From: an uncultured Chloroflexota bacterium
GTDB lineage: Bacteria; Chloroflexota; Limnocylindria; P2-11E
Assembly: GCA_964609145.1 (NCBI GenBank)
Contig: CAZSRI010000004.1
Coordinates: 1-60,168, forward strand
Direction of reading: 5' to 3'
Length of the DNA: 60,168 nucleotides
Of the stretch, positions 17,173-25,191 are shown piece by piece (positions within the stretch are counted from its first letter, which is position 1; every line of letters begins with the position of its first letter). The notes beneath the pieces are model-generated. The model saw nothing but the letters and a program-made list of their open reading frames with translations. It was not told the origin of the DNA and did no database searches. A program made the translations under genes and the position numbers.

Positions 17173-17639
17173 CGCATCGCCTCCCTGAGCTTCCGCTTCG
17201 CCTCGGTCACGCGCGTCCGCGCCGCCTCCTCGGTGCACGCGAGCGCGTCGGCGACCTCGCGGTAGGGCCGCCCCTCGACCGTATGGAGGACGAACGCGGC
17301 GCGCTGCGCCGGCGACAGCCGCTCGGCCGCGGCCGCGAGGTCGAGCACGGTGATGCCGTCGCGCTCGGGCGCGGCGAGGCGGAGGTCCGCCATCGACACG
17401 GTCGCGCGGCGCTTCCGCGCGCCGTCGATCGCCTTGTTCGTCGCGATGCGGTACAGCCAGGCGCGCTCGTTGTCGCGCCGCGGCGGCGGCCACGCGCGGA
17501 ACGCCGCGAGGAACGTCTCCTGGTAGACGTCCTCGGCGTCGGCGCGCGCGCCCGTGAGCCGCAGCGCGTACGCGAAGATCTCGCGTTCGTGCCGCTCGAG
17601 CAGCTCGCCGAACGTCCGTGCGGGGTCGGCCTGCCTCAC
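17169..17639 (-). CDS. ECF-type sigma-70 family RNA polymerase sigma factor
   Basis: 156-aa ORF (GTG start). Region 2: EDVYQETFLAAFRAW...WLYRIATNKAID. Region 4: LSPAQRAAFVLHTVEGRPYREVADALACTEEAARTRV. Confidence 0.85.
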   Translation of the reverse strand: MRQADPARTFGELLERHEREIFAYALRLTGARADAEDVYQETFLAAFRAWPPPRRDNERAWLYRIATNKAIDGARKRRATVSMADLRLAAPERDGITVLDLAAAAERLSPAQRAAFVLHTVEGRPYREVADALACTEEAARTRVTEAKRKLREAMR

Positions 17640-17735
17640 CCGCAGCGACCGTATCGCATTGCGCCACTACAACGGCGCTCCGCGCCGATCGTGAGCCTGG
17701 CACGTCGCCTGCGCCTCGAGGAGCGGAGGTGCGAG

Positions 17736-17933
17736 ATGGAGCGTAAGGGGACGATCCCGACGCCGGTCCCGAGAGCGAAGCCGAAGGCCGACCGAATGGA
17801 GGACGAGCGCGACGACGAGCGCAAGGAGGGGATCACCGCGAAGCGGCGCGGATCGCCCGCGGCGCCGTCGGACCGTCCCGAGAACGAGCCGCCGCATCCG
17901 CAGGACGTGAACGAGATCGGCGAGGAGGCCTGA
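17736..17933 (+). CDS. Hypothetical small charged protein (65 aa)
   Basis: ATG preceded by GGAGGTG 5 nt upstream. G/C-rich third positions. No recognisable family (MERKGTIPTPVPRAKPKADRMEDERDDERKEG...). Confidence 0.3.
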   Translation: MERKGTIPTPVPRAKPKADRMEDERDDERKEGITAKRRGSPAAPSDRPENEPPHPQDVNEIGEEA

Positions 17934-17938
17934 GGCGG

Positions 17939-18445
17939 CTAGCGCCGCAGCTCGAAGATGATCTCGCCGTCGACGATCTTGCCCGTGCGCGCGAAGCCGA
18001 GCTTCTCGTGCACGCGGAGCGACGCGACGTTGTCGGCCGTCGTCGCAGAGACGAAGTGCACGATCCCATGCGCCTCGGCCGCCCAGTCCATGAGCGCGAT
18101 CGCCGTCTCGGTGGCATAGCCGCGGCGGCGGTACGCCGGGAAGACCGTCCACCCGAGCTCGAGCGCGTCGGCCGCGCCGACGTCGTTCACGCCCGGCGCG
18201 CCGTGGAAGTTCACGTACCCGACCATGCGCCGCTCACCGCGAAGGACGACCGCGCGCAGCGACCACGGGTACCGCGCGGGGTCCTGGAGCAGCTGGTCGC
18301 GGCGGAACCGCAGGAACCCGGTCGTGTCGGCGATGTCGGCCCTGCCGGAGCGCTCGGGGAAGTCGGCGGGGACCTCGTACTCGGCGAGCCGGGCGATCGC
18401 GGGACGGTCGTTCGCGACGAACGCGTCGAGGAGGTCGAGCGGCAT
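17939..18445 (-). CDS. GNAT-family N-acetyltransferase (RimJ/RimL-like)
   Basis: 168-aa ORF. LGWTVFPAYRRRGYATETAIALMDWA...NVASLRVHEKLGF acetyl-CoA binding core. The in-frame upstream sequence (VRSERLDLPL) resembles the usual N-terminus of this family but has no canonical start, so the start is uncertain. Confidence 0.75.
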   Translation of the reverse strand: MPLDLLDAFVANDRPAIARLAEYEVPADFPERSGRADIADTTGFLRFRRDQLLQDPARYPWSLRAVVLRGERRMVGYVNFHGAPGVNDVGAADALELGWTVFPAYRRRGYATETAIALMDWAAEAHGIVHFVSATTADNVASLRVHEKLGFARTGKIVDGEIIFELRR

Positions 18446-18507
18446 GAGCGGCAGGTCGAGCCGCTCGCTCCGGACGAGGAGCCCCGCGCGGTCGGTCTCG
18501 CGGATCG

Positions 18508-19635
18508 CTATGACCGGGACTCCTTCATGACCGCGCGCTCGTAGATCTCGTCAGGCAGGCGCAGCGGCCGGCCCGTCCCGCCGAAGCGCTCCATCGACAT
18601 CTCGGCGAGGACGGCGAGCGCGATCTCCGCCGGCGTCCGGCCGCCGAGGTCGAGGCCGATCGGCGCGTGCACGTCGCGCAGGCGCTCTTTGCTCGCGCCC
18701 TCCTCGCGCAGCATCCGCGCGATGAGGATCGTCTTGCGCTTGCTGCCGAGGAGGCCGACGTAGCGCGCCTGCGTCCGCACCGCGGCGCGCAGCGCGTGCG
18801 AGTCGAGCTTGTGCCCGCGCGTCGCGATGACGACGAACGAGTTCCAGCCGATGCCGGCCGTCTCGATCGCGTGGACGACATCGTCGTGCATCACCTCGAC
18901 GCCGTCGGGGAACCGCTCGCGCGCCGCGAAGCCGGCGCGGTCCTCGACGACGGTGACCTGGTAGTCGAGGAGCGCGCCCATCCGAACGAGCGCGAGCCCG
19001 ACGTGCCCGCCGCCGACGACGACGAGCCGCGGCTTCGCGAGCACCGGCTCGACGAGGAGCTCGTGACCGTCGTCGAGCGCGACCGTGCGCGCCGTGCCCT
19101 GGCGCAGCGCCTCCGTCGCGACGTCCCTCGCGCGGGCGTCGAGCGCGCCGTCGATCGCGCCGCGCGTCCGGCCGTCCGTCTCGACGAGCATGCGGCCCGA
19201 CGGCGTGAAGTCGCGTCCGTCCTTCCGGAGGAGCGTCGCGAGCGCGATCGGCCGGCCGCCGCGCGAGGCGGCGAGGAGGTCGCCGAGGAGGTCGCGGTCG
19301 GCGACGGTCGTCGCGCGCTCGCCGGGCTCGATCCAGATCCACATCGTGCCGCCGCAGACGAGCCCGGTGTCCCACGCGAGGTCCTCGGTGAGCTCGTACT
19401 CGCGAAGCGACGTGTCGCCGGTCGCGATGACGCGCTTCGCCTCGTCGAACGCGTCGCCCTCGACGCATCCTCCGCCGAGCGTGCCGGTGAGGCGGCCGAG
19501 GTCGTCGACGATCATCTTCGCGCCGACGACCTGCGGCGTGGAGCCGACGGTGCGGACGACGGTGCATACGGCGTAGCGCCGTCCCTCGCGGTCGAGCTCG
19601 GCCATGCGCTGGTAGATCTCCCGCACGTCCCCCAC
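18508..19635 (-). CDS. xdhC: XdhC/CoxI-family molybdoenzyme maturation protein
   Basis: 375-aa ORF. YAVCTVVRTVGSTPQVVGAKMIV...GTLGGGCVEG N-domain and LVVVGGGHVGLAL Rossmann-like domain. Confidence 0.85.
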   Translation of the reverse strand: MGDVREIYQRMAELDREGRRYAVCTVVRTVGSTPQVVGAKMIVDDLGRLTGTLGGGCVEGDAFDEAKRVIATGDTSLREYELTEDLAWDTGLVCGGTMWIWIEPGERATTVADRDLLGDLLAASRGGRPIALATLLRKDGRDFTPSGRMLVETDGRTRGAIDGALDARARDVATEALRQGTARTVALDDGHELLVEPVLAKPRLVVVGGGHVGLALVRMGALLDYQVTVVEDRAGFAARERFPDGVEVMHDDVVHAIETAGIGWNSFVVIATRGHKLDSHALRAAVRTQARYVGLLGSKRKTILIARMLREEGASKERLRDVHAPIGLDLGGRTPAEIALAVLAEMSMERFGGTGRPLRLPDEIYERAVMKESRS

Positions 19636-19649
19636 GGTACTCCCCGGCG

Positions 19650-20213
19650 CTACGGCGTCAGGTCTCTGGGTACGTCGACGTCGCGCACGACGCCCTTGTC
19701 CTCGACGTCGAGGTCGACGCGCTCGCTCGCGTGGCGGCGGAGCACGTCGTGGAGCGTCTCGCCGTCGGGCGCGGCGAGGACCTCGTCGCGCAGCTGCCCC
19801 GGCATGACGACGGGATGGCCGCGCTTGCCGCGGAACCGCGGCGACACGATCGACCCGTCCTCCTCCTGTCTTCGTAGGAGCGCCGCCACCGTCGCCGGCT
19901 CGACGTACGGCATGTCGCCCGGGAGCACGAGGATCGGGTCACCGCGGTGCGCACGGAGCCCGGCCTGGACCGACGAGAGCATCCCGCGGTCGCGGTCACG
20001 GTTCACCGCCACGTCGACGTGCGCGATCCGCTCGATGAGGTCACGCAGGCGGTCGGCGCCCGGCGCGAGGACGACGACGACGCGGTCGACGCCTCCGTCG
20101 AGGAGCGAGCGGATCGTGCGCTCGATGAGCGGCGCGTCGCCGACCGGCGCGAGGAGCTTCTCGGCGCCGAAGCGCTCTGCCGCCCCGGCGGCGGGGACGA
20201 TCGCCAGGCTCAT
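19650..20213 (-). CDS. mocA: MobA/MocA-like nucleotidyltransferase (molybdenum cofactor cytidylyltransferase-like)
   Basis: ATG at 20213 gives 187 aa. MSLAIVPAAGAAERFGAEKLLAPV...LPGDMPYV. ATGA overlap with the upstream FAD-subunit gene. Confidence 0.8.
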   Translation of the reverse strand: MSLAIVPAAGAAERFGAEKLLAPVGDAPLIERTIRSLLDGGVDRVVVVLAPGADRLRDLIERIAHVDVAVNRDRDRGMLSSVQAGLRAHRGDPILVLPGDMPYVEPATVAALLRRQEEDGSIVSPRFRGKRGHPVVMPGQLRDEVLAAPDGETLHDVLRRHASERVDLDVEDKGVVRDVDVPRDLTP

Positions 20214-21247
20214 GCGGCCGCCGCGGGCTGCTCCCGGAGCGCGGCCAGGGCGCGCATGGCGAACACCGAGACGGTGCGCTTGCGCTGGGCGATGGTGCCC
20301 GAGGTGTTGTCCATCGGGCGCGCCGCCTTGAACGCCGCCTCGGCCGCCGCGGCGATGGCGTCGTCCTCGAGCCGCGAGCCCACGAGCGCCGCCGCCGCGC
20401 CCTCCACGAGGACCGGCCGCGACGCGACGGCGGTGAGCGCGACGCGCGCGTCGGCGACGCGACCGCCGTCCCACCGCACGCCGGCCGCGAGCCCGACGAT
20501 CGGGAAGTCGAACGATCCGCGGTCGCGCAGCTTCAGGTACGTGCTGCGCCAGCCGTCGTTCGCGGGCAGGACGATCTCCGTGACGATCTCGTCGCGTCGC
20601 AGCGCGAGGTAGCGCATCCCGTCCTCGCGGTAGAGGTCCTCGATCGGGACCTCCCGCTCGCGCTCGGCGCTCGCGACGCGCGCCGCCGCGCCGAGCGCGA
20701 TGAGCGCCGGGACCGTGTCGGCGCTCGCGACGGCGAGGCAGCGCGGGCTCGACGGCGCGACGCGGCACACGACGGCCGGGTGGGTCTTCATGCAGTACCC
20801 CTCGGCGCCGCGCCAGAAGAGCGACTCGTCGTACCAGTTGCAGCGCGTGTCGAGGCAGACGTTCCCGCCGATCGTCCCCATGTTCCGCAGCTGTGGCGTG
20901 CTCACCAGTCCGGCCGCGGTCGCGAGCGCGGCGTACCGCTCGCGGATCGCCGGGTGCGACGCGAGCGCACTGAGCGTCGTGCCCGCGCCGATCGCCACGC
21001 CCGTGGCCGGTCCGTTCGCGCGGATGTCGCGCGCGAGCGCGCGCCGCAGCGAGACGAGCACTTCGGGCGCGAACTGGCGACGCTTCATGTTCGGGTAGAG
21101 GTCGGTGCCGCCGGCGACCGCCATCACGCGCAGCGACGGCGTTCCCTTCGCGGGGTCCTGCTCGCCCGCGCCGAGCTCCCGAAGCATGTGCGTCGCCTCC
21201 GACATGGAGGACGGCACCTCCATTCGGAAGCGCGGGAGTCTCAACAC
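20210..21247 (-). CDS. Xanthine dehydrogenase-family FAD-binding subunit with a HcrB-like Cys-rich insertion
   Basis: 345-aa ORF. MLRLPRF...AGGTDLYPNMK. The insertion GGNVCLDTRCNWYDESLFWRGAEGYCMKTHPAVVCRVAPSSPRC has Cys at aa 131, 136, 152, 161 and 170. Confidence 0.85.
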   Translation of the reverse strand: MLRLPRFRMEVPSSMSEATHMLRELGAGEQDPAKGTPSLRVMAVAGGTDLYPNMKRRQFAPEVLVSLRRALARDIRANGPATGVAIGAGTTLSALASHPAIRERYAALATAAGLVSTPQLRNMGTIGGNVCLDTRCNWYDESLFWRGAEGYCMKTHPAVVCRVAPSSPRCLAVASADTVPALIALGAAARVASAEREREVPIEDLYREDGMRYLALRRDEIVTEIVLPANDGWRSTYLKLRDRGSFDFPIVGLAAGVRWDGGRVADARVALTAVASRPVLVEGAAAALVGSRLEDDAIAAAAEAAFKAARPMDNTSGTIAQRKRTVSVFAMRALAALREQPAAAA

Positions 21248-21425
21248 GAGAACACCTCGCCGCGAGGACGCCCCGCCGAGGGCCCTCGCGCCGGTGGGGG
21301 ACCACCCGACCGTAGGCCGCCCCTACCGGAACTCGCACAACGGTCGCGGACGCTGCTTTGGGCCGTAGGGAGGGTGGTGGGCCCACCGGCGTAAGGAGGG
21401 TTTCGGCGGGCCGGCCGAGCGAACG

Positions 21426-23900
21426 TCACATTCGCACCTTCCGCTCGCGAGCCTCGGTCGTGGCTTGGAGCCGCCGCATCGCCGCCTTCGGATCCCGCTG
21501 CGACCCGAGCCCGTCCGGGCCGACGCGCGACTTGTTCTTCTGCAGCGCGTCGAGCACCTTCGCCGGCGTGATCGGCGTCTCGTCGAAGCGGACGCCGATC
21601 GCGTCGTAGACCGCGTTCGCGATCGCGGGGATCACCGGGTTGAGCGGTCCTTCGCCCGCCTCCTTGGCGCCGAACGGCCCCTCCGCGTCGACGGTCTCGA
21701 CGACGATCGCCCGCAGGTCGGGCGTGTCGAGCGAGGTCGGCAGCTTGTACTCGAGGAGCGACGGCTTCTTGTGCAGCCCGCCGCGGAACACCTGCTCCTC
21801 GACGACGGCCTCGCCGTACCCCATGTACGCCGCGCCCTCGATCTGCCCCTCGACGCTCGGCGGGTTGAGCGCGCGGCCGCAGTCGTGCGCCGTCGTGATC
21901 CGCTCGACCGTGACGACGCCGGTCTCGAGGTCGACGTCGACCTCGGCGACCGCGGCCTGGTACGAGTACGCCGGCGTCGGACCGACGCCCGCGCCCTTGT
22001 AATCGCCGCCGATGCCGCGCGGCGGCTTGTACGAGCCGACCGAGACGAGCGTGCCGTTCGCCGACTCGGCGAGGACCGCCGCTTCCGTGAACGCCATCGA
22101 CCGCGACGGGTCGGCGAGGTCGTACACGCGCCGATGGGCGAGCGCGACGCGATCCTCGGGGATCGCGAGCTTGCTCGCCGCGGCGGCGACGAGCATCGCG
22201 CGCAGCCGCCCCGCGGCCTCACGCACGGCGTTGCCGGCCATCAGCGTGACGCGGCTCGAATACGACCCGAGGTCGACCGGCGCGAGCGAAGTGTCGCCGG
22301 ACACCACGTGCACGTCCTCGGGGAGCACGCCGAGCTGCTCGGCCGTGACGAGCGCGAGGACGTTGTCCGAGCCCTGGCCGATCTCCGCCGTACCGCAGTA
22401 CACGGTGACGCCGCCGCCGCGGTCGATCTTCACCGACGCGCCGGAGTGCGGCATGTCGTTCCAGTAGATCGGCAGCCCCGCGCCCGAGATGTACGCGCTG
22501 CCCGCGACGCCGATCCCCCGCCTGTGCGCGGGCCCGCCGGCCCGTGCTTGCTCAGGGCTGGCGGACTCGCTCGTCCCGGCGGAGCCGGATCCTCGCTCGA
22601 CCTCGTGCCGACCGCGCCCGAGCCGGCCGTGGCGCCGGCTGAAGCGCGTCGCGCGCTCGAGCTCGTCGAGGCAGTCACCGAGGCCCATCGACGTGACGCG
22701 CAGCTCGTTCACGGTGCGGCTGTTCGCCGGCTGGAGGATCCGCTTGCGGTACGCGAGCGGGCCGAGGCCGAGGCGAGCCGCGATCTTGTCGAGGTGGCAC
22801 TCGAACGCGAAGCGCGGCTGCGTGGTGCCGTGCCCGCGCTTCGGCCCGCACGGCGGCTTGTTCGTGTAGACGCGGACGCCGTCGAACTTGTACGCGGGGA
22901 TGCCGTACGTGACCGTCATGAGCGCGCCGGTGTAGTAGGTCGTCGCGATCCCGTACGAGGCGTACGCTCCGCCGTCGAGCCACGACTGGAAGTGCACGGC
23001 GGTGATCTCGCCGTCCTTCGTCACGCCGGCACGCAGCCGCATGAGGACCGGGTGCCGGCCGCGGTGCGCGTAGAAGACCTCCTCGCGGTCGAGCGTGAAC
23101 TTCACCGGCCGCTTCGTGCGCATCGAGAGCCAGCACGCGGCGAACTCGTGCGCGAACGGGTCGCTCTTCCCGCCGAAGGCGCCGCCGTTCGGCGTCGCGA
23201 TGACGCGGATCCTCGCGCGCGGGAGGCCGAGGACCTTCTCAAGCTCGCGGTGCAGGTAGTGGGGGACCTGCGTGCAAGTCCAGAGCGTGAGCTTGCCGTC
23301 GCCGTCGTACGACGCGACGGCGCAGTGGGTCTCCAGCGGCGCGTGCGTCGTGCCCTCGAAGTAGTACCAGGCGTCCTCGACGTGGTCGGCGCGCGCGAAC
23401 CCACCGTCGACGTCCCCGAACGCGAGGTGGACGTCCTTGAACACGTTCGCCGGACGGCCCGAGTCCTCGTGGATCTTGACGTCGTCGCGCGCGAGCGCTT
23501 CCTCGATCGTGAGGATCGGGTCGAGCGGCTCGTACTCGACGTCGATGAGCGAGAGCGCGTCGTACGCGGCGTCCTCGCTCGTCGCCGCGACCGCCGCGAC
23601 GGGCTCGCCGACGTAGCGGACCTTCCCGACGGCGAGCGCCGTCTCGTCCTGCGTCGACGGCATGATCCCCATCCGCTCGGGCATGTCCGCGCCGGTGCAG
23701 ACGGCGACGACGCCCTCGTGCGCGAGCGCGCGCGAGGCGTCGATCCGCGCGATCCGCGCGTGGGCCTGCGTCGACCGCAGCAGGCGTCCGTAGAGCATCC
23801 GCGGCAGCTGCACGTCGTCGGCGTATCTCGCCGTGCCCGTGAGGTGCTGCCAGGCATTGACCTTCGGCAGGCGCTTCCCGACGACCGAGAACCCGCTCAT
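21426..23900 (-). CDS. Xanthine dehydrogenase-family molybdopterin large subunit (HcrA/CoxL-like, RGHG type), carrying an in-frame repeat insertion and a C-terminal extension
   Basis: ATG at 23900 (ATGA overlap with the small subunit) gives 824 aa. MSGFSVVGKRLPKVNAWQHLTGTARYADD, GGAFGGKSD, CGPKRGHGT, EAGEGPLNPVIPAIANA. An extra ~29 aa (RHEVERGSGSAGTSESASPEQARAGGPAH) coincide with repeat copy C. Confidence 0.9.
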   Translation of the reverse strand: MSGFSVVGKRLPKVNAWQHLTGTARYADDVQLPRMLYGRLLRSTQAHARIARIDASRALAHEGVVAVCTGADMPERMGIMPSTQDETALAVGKVRYVGEPVAAVAATSEDAAYDALSLIDVEYEPLDPILTIEEALARDDVKIHEDSGRPANVFKDVHLAFGDVDGGFARADHVEDAWYYFEGTTHAPLETHCAVASYDGDGKLTLWTCTQVPHYLHRELEKVLGLPRARIRVIATPNGGAFGGKSDPFAHEFAACWLSMRTKRPVKFTLDREEVFYAHRGRHPVLMRLRAGVTKDGEITAVHFQSWLDGGAYASYGIATTYYTGALMTVTYGIPAYKFDGVRVYTNKPPCGPKRGHGTTQPRFAFECHLDKIAARLGLGPLAYRKRILQPANSRTVNELRVTSMGLGDCLDELERATRFSRRHGRLGRGRHEVERGSGSAGTSESASPEQARAGGPAHRRGIGVAGSAYISGAGLPIYWNDMPHSGASVKIDRGGGVTVYCGTAEIGQGSDNVLALVTAEQLGVLPEDVHVVSGDTSLAPVDLGSYSSRVTLMAGNAVREAAGRLRAMLVAAAASKLAIPEDRVALAHRRVYDLADPSRSMAFTEAAVLAESANGTLVSVGSYKPPRGIGGDYKGAGVGPTPAYSYQAAVAEVDVDLETGVVTVERITTAHDCGRALNPPSVEGQIEGAAYMGYGEAVVEEQVFRGGLHKKPSLLEYKLPTSLDTPDLRAIVVETVDAEGPFGAKEAGEGPLNPVIPAIANAVYDAIGVRFDETPITPAKVLDALQKNKSRVGPDGLGSQRDPKAAMRRLQATTEARERKVRM
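22528..22596 (-). repeat. Hairpin-containing repeat element, copy C (diverged), embedded in-frame in the large-subunit gene
   Basis: The reverse complement of 22563-22596 is gcgaggatccggctccgccgggacgagcgagtcc, 2 mismatches from part 1 of copy B. The adjacent 22528-22562 resembles part 2 only loosely. Confidence 0.65.
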
Positions 23901-24406
23901 CGCCGGGGGCTCTGCCCCCCTCCACCCCCGGGTCGCTCGCGCAGGACGCCAGCCGCTTTCTCGACGGCCTCGTAGATCGCCGTGTAGCCGGTGCAGCGGC
24001 AGAGGTTGCCGGAGATCGCGTGCGCGATCTCCTCGCGGCTCGGCGCGGGCGTCGTGTCGAGGAGGGCCTTCGCCGTCATGAGCATCCCCGGGGTGCAGTA
24101 GCCGCACTGAGCGGCGCCCTCCTCGGCGAACGCCGTCTGCAGCGGGTGCAGCTCCGGTCCCTTCGCGAGACCCTCGACGGTCGTCACCTCGGCGTCGCCG
24201 ATCTCGCTCGGGAGCGTCAGGCACGAGAGCACCGGCACACCGTCGACGAGCACGGTGCACGCGCCACACTCGCCGAGCTCGCACCCGTGCTTCGTCCCGG
24301 TGAGGCCCAGCTCCTCGCGCAGGACCTCGAGGAGCGTGTGGTGCGGCTCCGCCGCGACGGTGTGCGACTCGCCATTCACGCGCAGCGTGAGGAGGCTCTT
24401 CGTCAT
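23897..24406 (-). CDS. Xanthine dehydrogenase/CoxS-family [2Fe-2S] small subunit
   Basis: 169-aa ORF. HGCELGECGACTV and AQCGYCTPGM...GNLCRCTGY. Confidence 0.9.
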   Translation of the reverse strand: MTKSLLTLRVNGESHTVAAEPHHTLLEVLREELGLTGTKHGCELGECGACTVLVDGVPVLSCLTLPSEIGDAEVTTVEGLAKGPELHPLQTAFAEEGAAQCGYCTPGMLMTAKALLDTTPAPSREEIAHAISGNLCRCTGYTAIYEAVEKAAGVLRERPGGGGGQSPRR

Positions 24407-25074
24407 GCGAGCGCCCTCGCCGCGACGGCCTCGCTGATCGCGTCGGCGGCGGCCACGCAGAGCCCGCCCATGCGGCGCATCTCGCGCGCGTCGATCTGGT
24501 CCTTGAACCCGACGGCGAGCACCGCGCCGATCGGGCGGCCCGCGGGGTCCTTCACCGGCGCGGCCGCGGCGCGCACGCCCGCGAGGTACTCCTCGTCGTC
24601 ATGCGCGACCTCCGCGCCCTCGACGAGCACGCGCCGGTGCGCTCCCGCGCGCAGCGGCACGCGCAGCCCGATCGGCGCGGCCATGTGCAGCTCGGTCGGC
24701 GGCTCGCTCGTCATCACGATCTCCATCTTGGACCCGCGCAGCACGCCGAAGATCGCCGTGTGCCCGGTCTGCCGCATGAGCAGGTCGAGGTGGCGCCGCG
24801 CGGCCTCCGGCGCGACGCGCGGCCACGCGGCGCGGAATCGGCCGTCGGCGTCGCGCGTGACGAAGCCGTGCGCGGCGAGCGTCATGAGGATGTCGCGGAC
24901 GGTGCCCTTCGACGCCTCGATGCGGCGCGCGAGGTCCGAGATGCCGCGGGGCCGCATCGGGTCGAGCTCGAGGAGCAGGCGCGCCGCCTTGTCGACGGCC
25001 GGCACGAGCCGGAAGCGGTCGCTGCGCGCCGTGCTGCTGGTCGTACGAGGCGCTTCGAGCAGGGTCGCCGCCAC
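24403..25074 (-). CDS. IclR-family transcriptional regulator, first gene of the molybdoenzyme operon
   Basis: GTG at 25074 with GGAGGAGG 6 nt upstream gives 223 aa. AVDKAARLLLEL...GISDLARRIEASKGTVRDILMTLAAHGFV wHTH. The stop overlaps the small-subunit start (ATGA). Confidence 0.75.
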   Translation of the reverse strand: MAATLLEAPRTTSSTARSDRFRLVPAVDKAARLLLELDPMRPRGISDLARRIEASKGTVRDILMTLAAHGFVTRDADGRFRAAWPRVAPEAARRHLDLLMRQTGHTAIFGVLRGSKMEIVMTSEPPTELHMAAPIGLRVPLRAGAHRRVLVEGAEVAHDDEEYLAGVRAAAAPVKDPAGRPIGAVLAVGFKDQIDAREMRRMGGLCVAAADAISEAVAARALA

Positions 25075-25191
25075 GCCGAACCTCCTCCCCACGCGCGTGC
25101 ACGAGGAGTCTACCGCGTGCTGTCGACAGTACGGCTCTTGCGACGGCGGACGGCGCGGACCACACTTTCGGCGCAGGGGGATGAACGGCGG

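Noticed and set aside
17283-17735. The upstream part of the 216-aa track ORF 17283-17933.
   Set aside because: It is antisense to the well-supported ECF sigma gene and Arg/Gly-rich. Only the last 65 codons (from ATG 17736, with an RBS, outside the sigma gene) are kept, as a low-confidence small CDS.
21470-21530. A possible fourth, inverted copy of the hairpin repeat in the 3' end of the large-subunit gene.
   Set aside because: Only about three-quarters identity over ~35 nt with indels, the hairpin arms are not preserved, and there is no part 2. I mention it under the spacer finding but do not count it as a copy without a statistical search.
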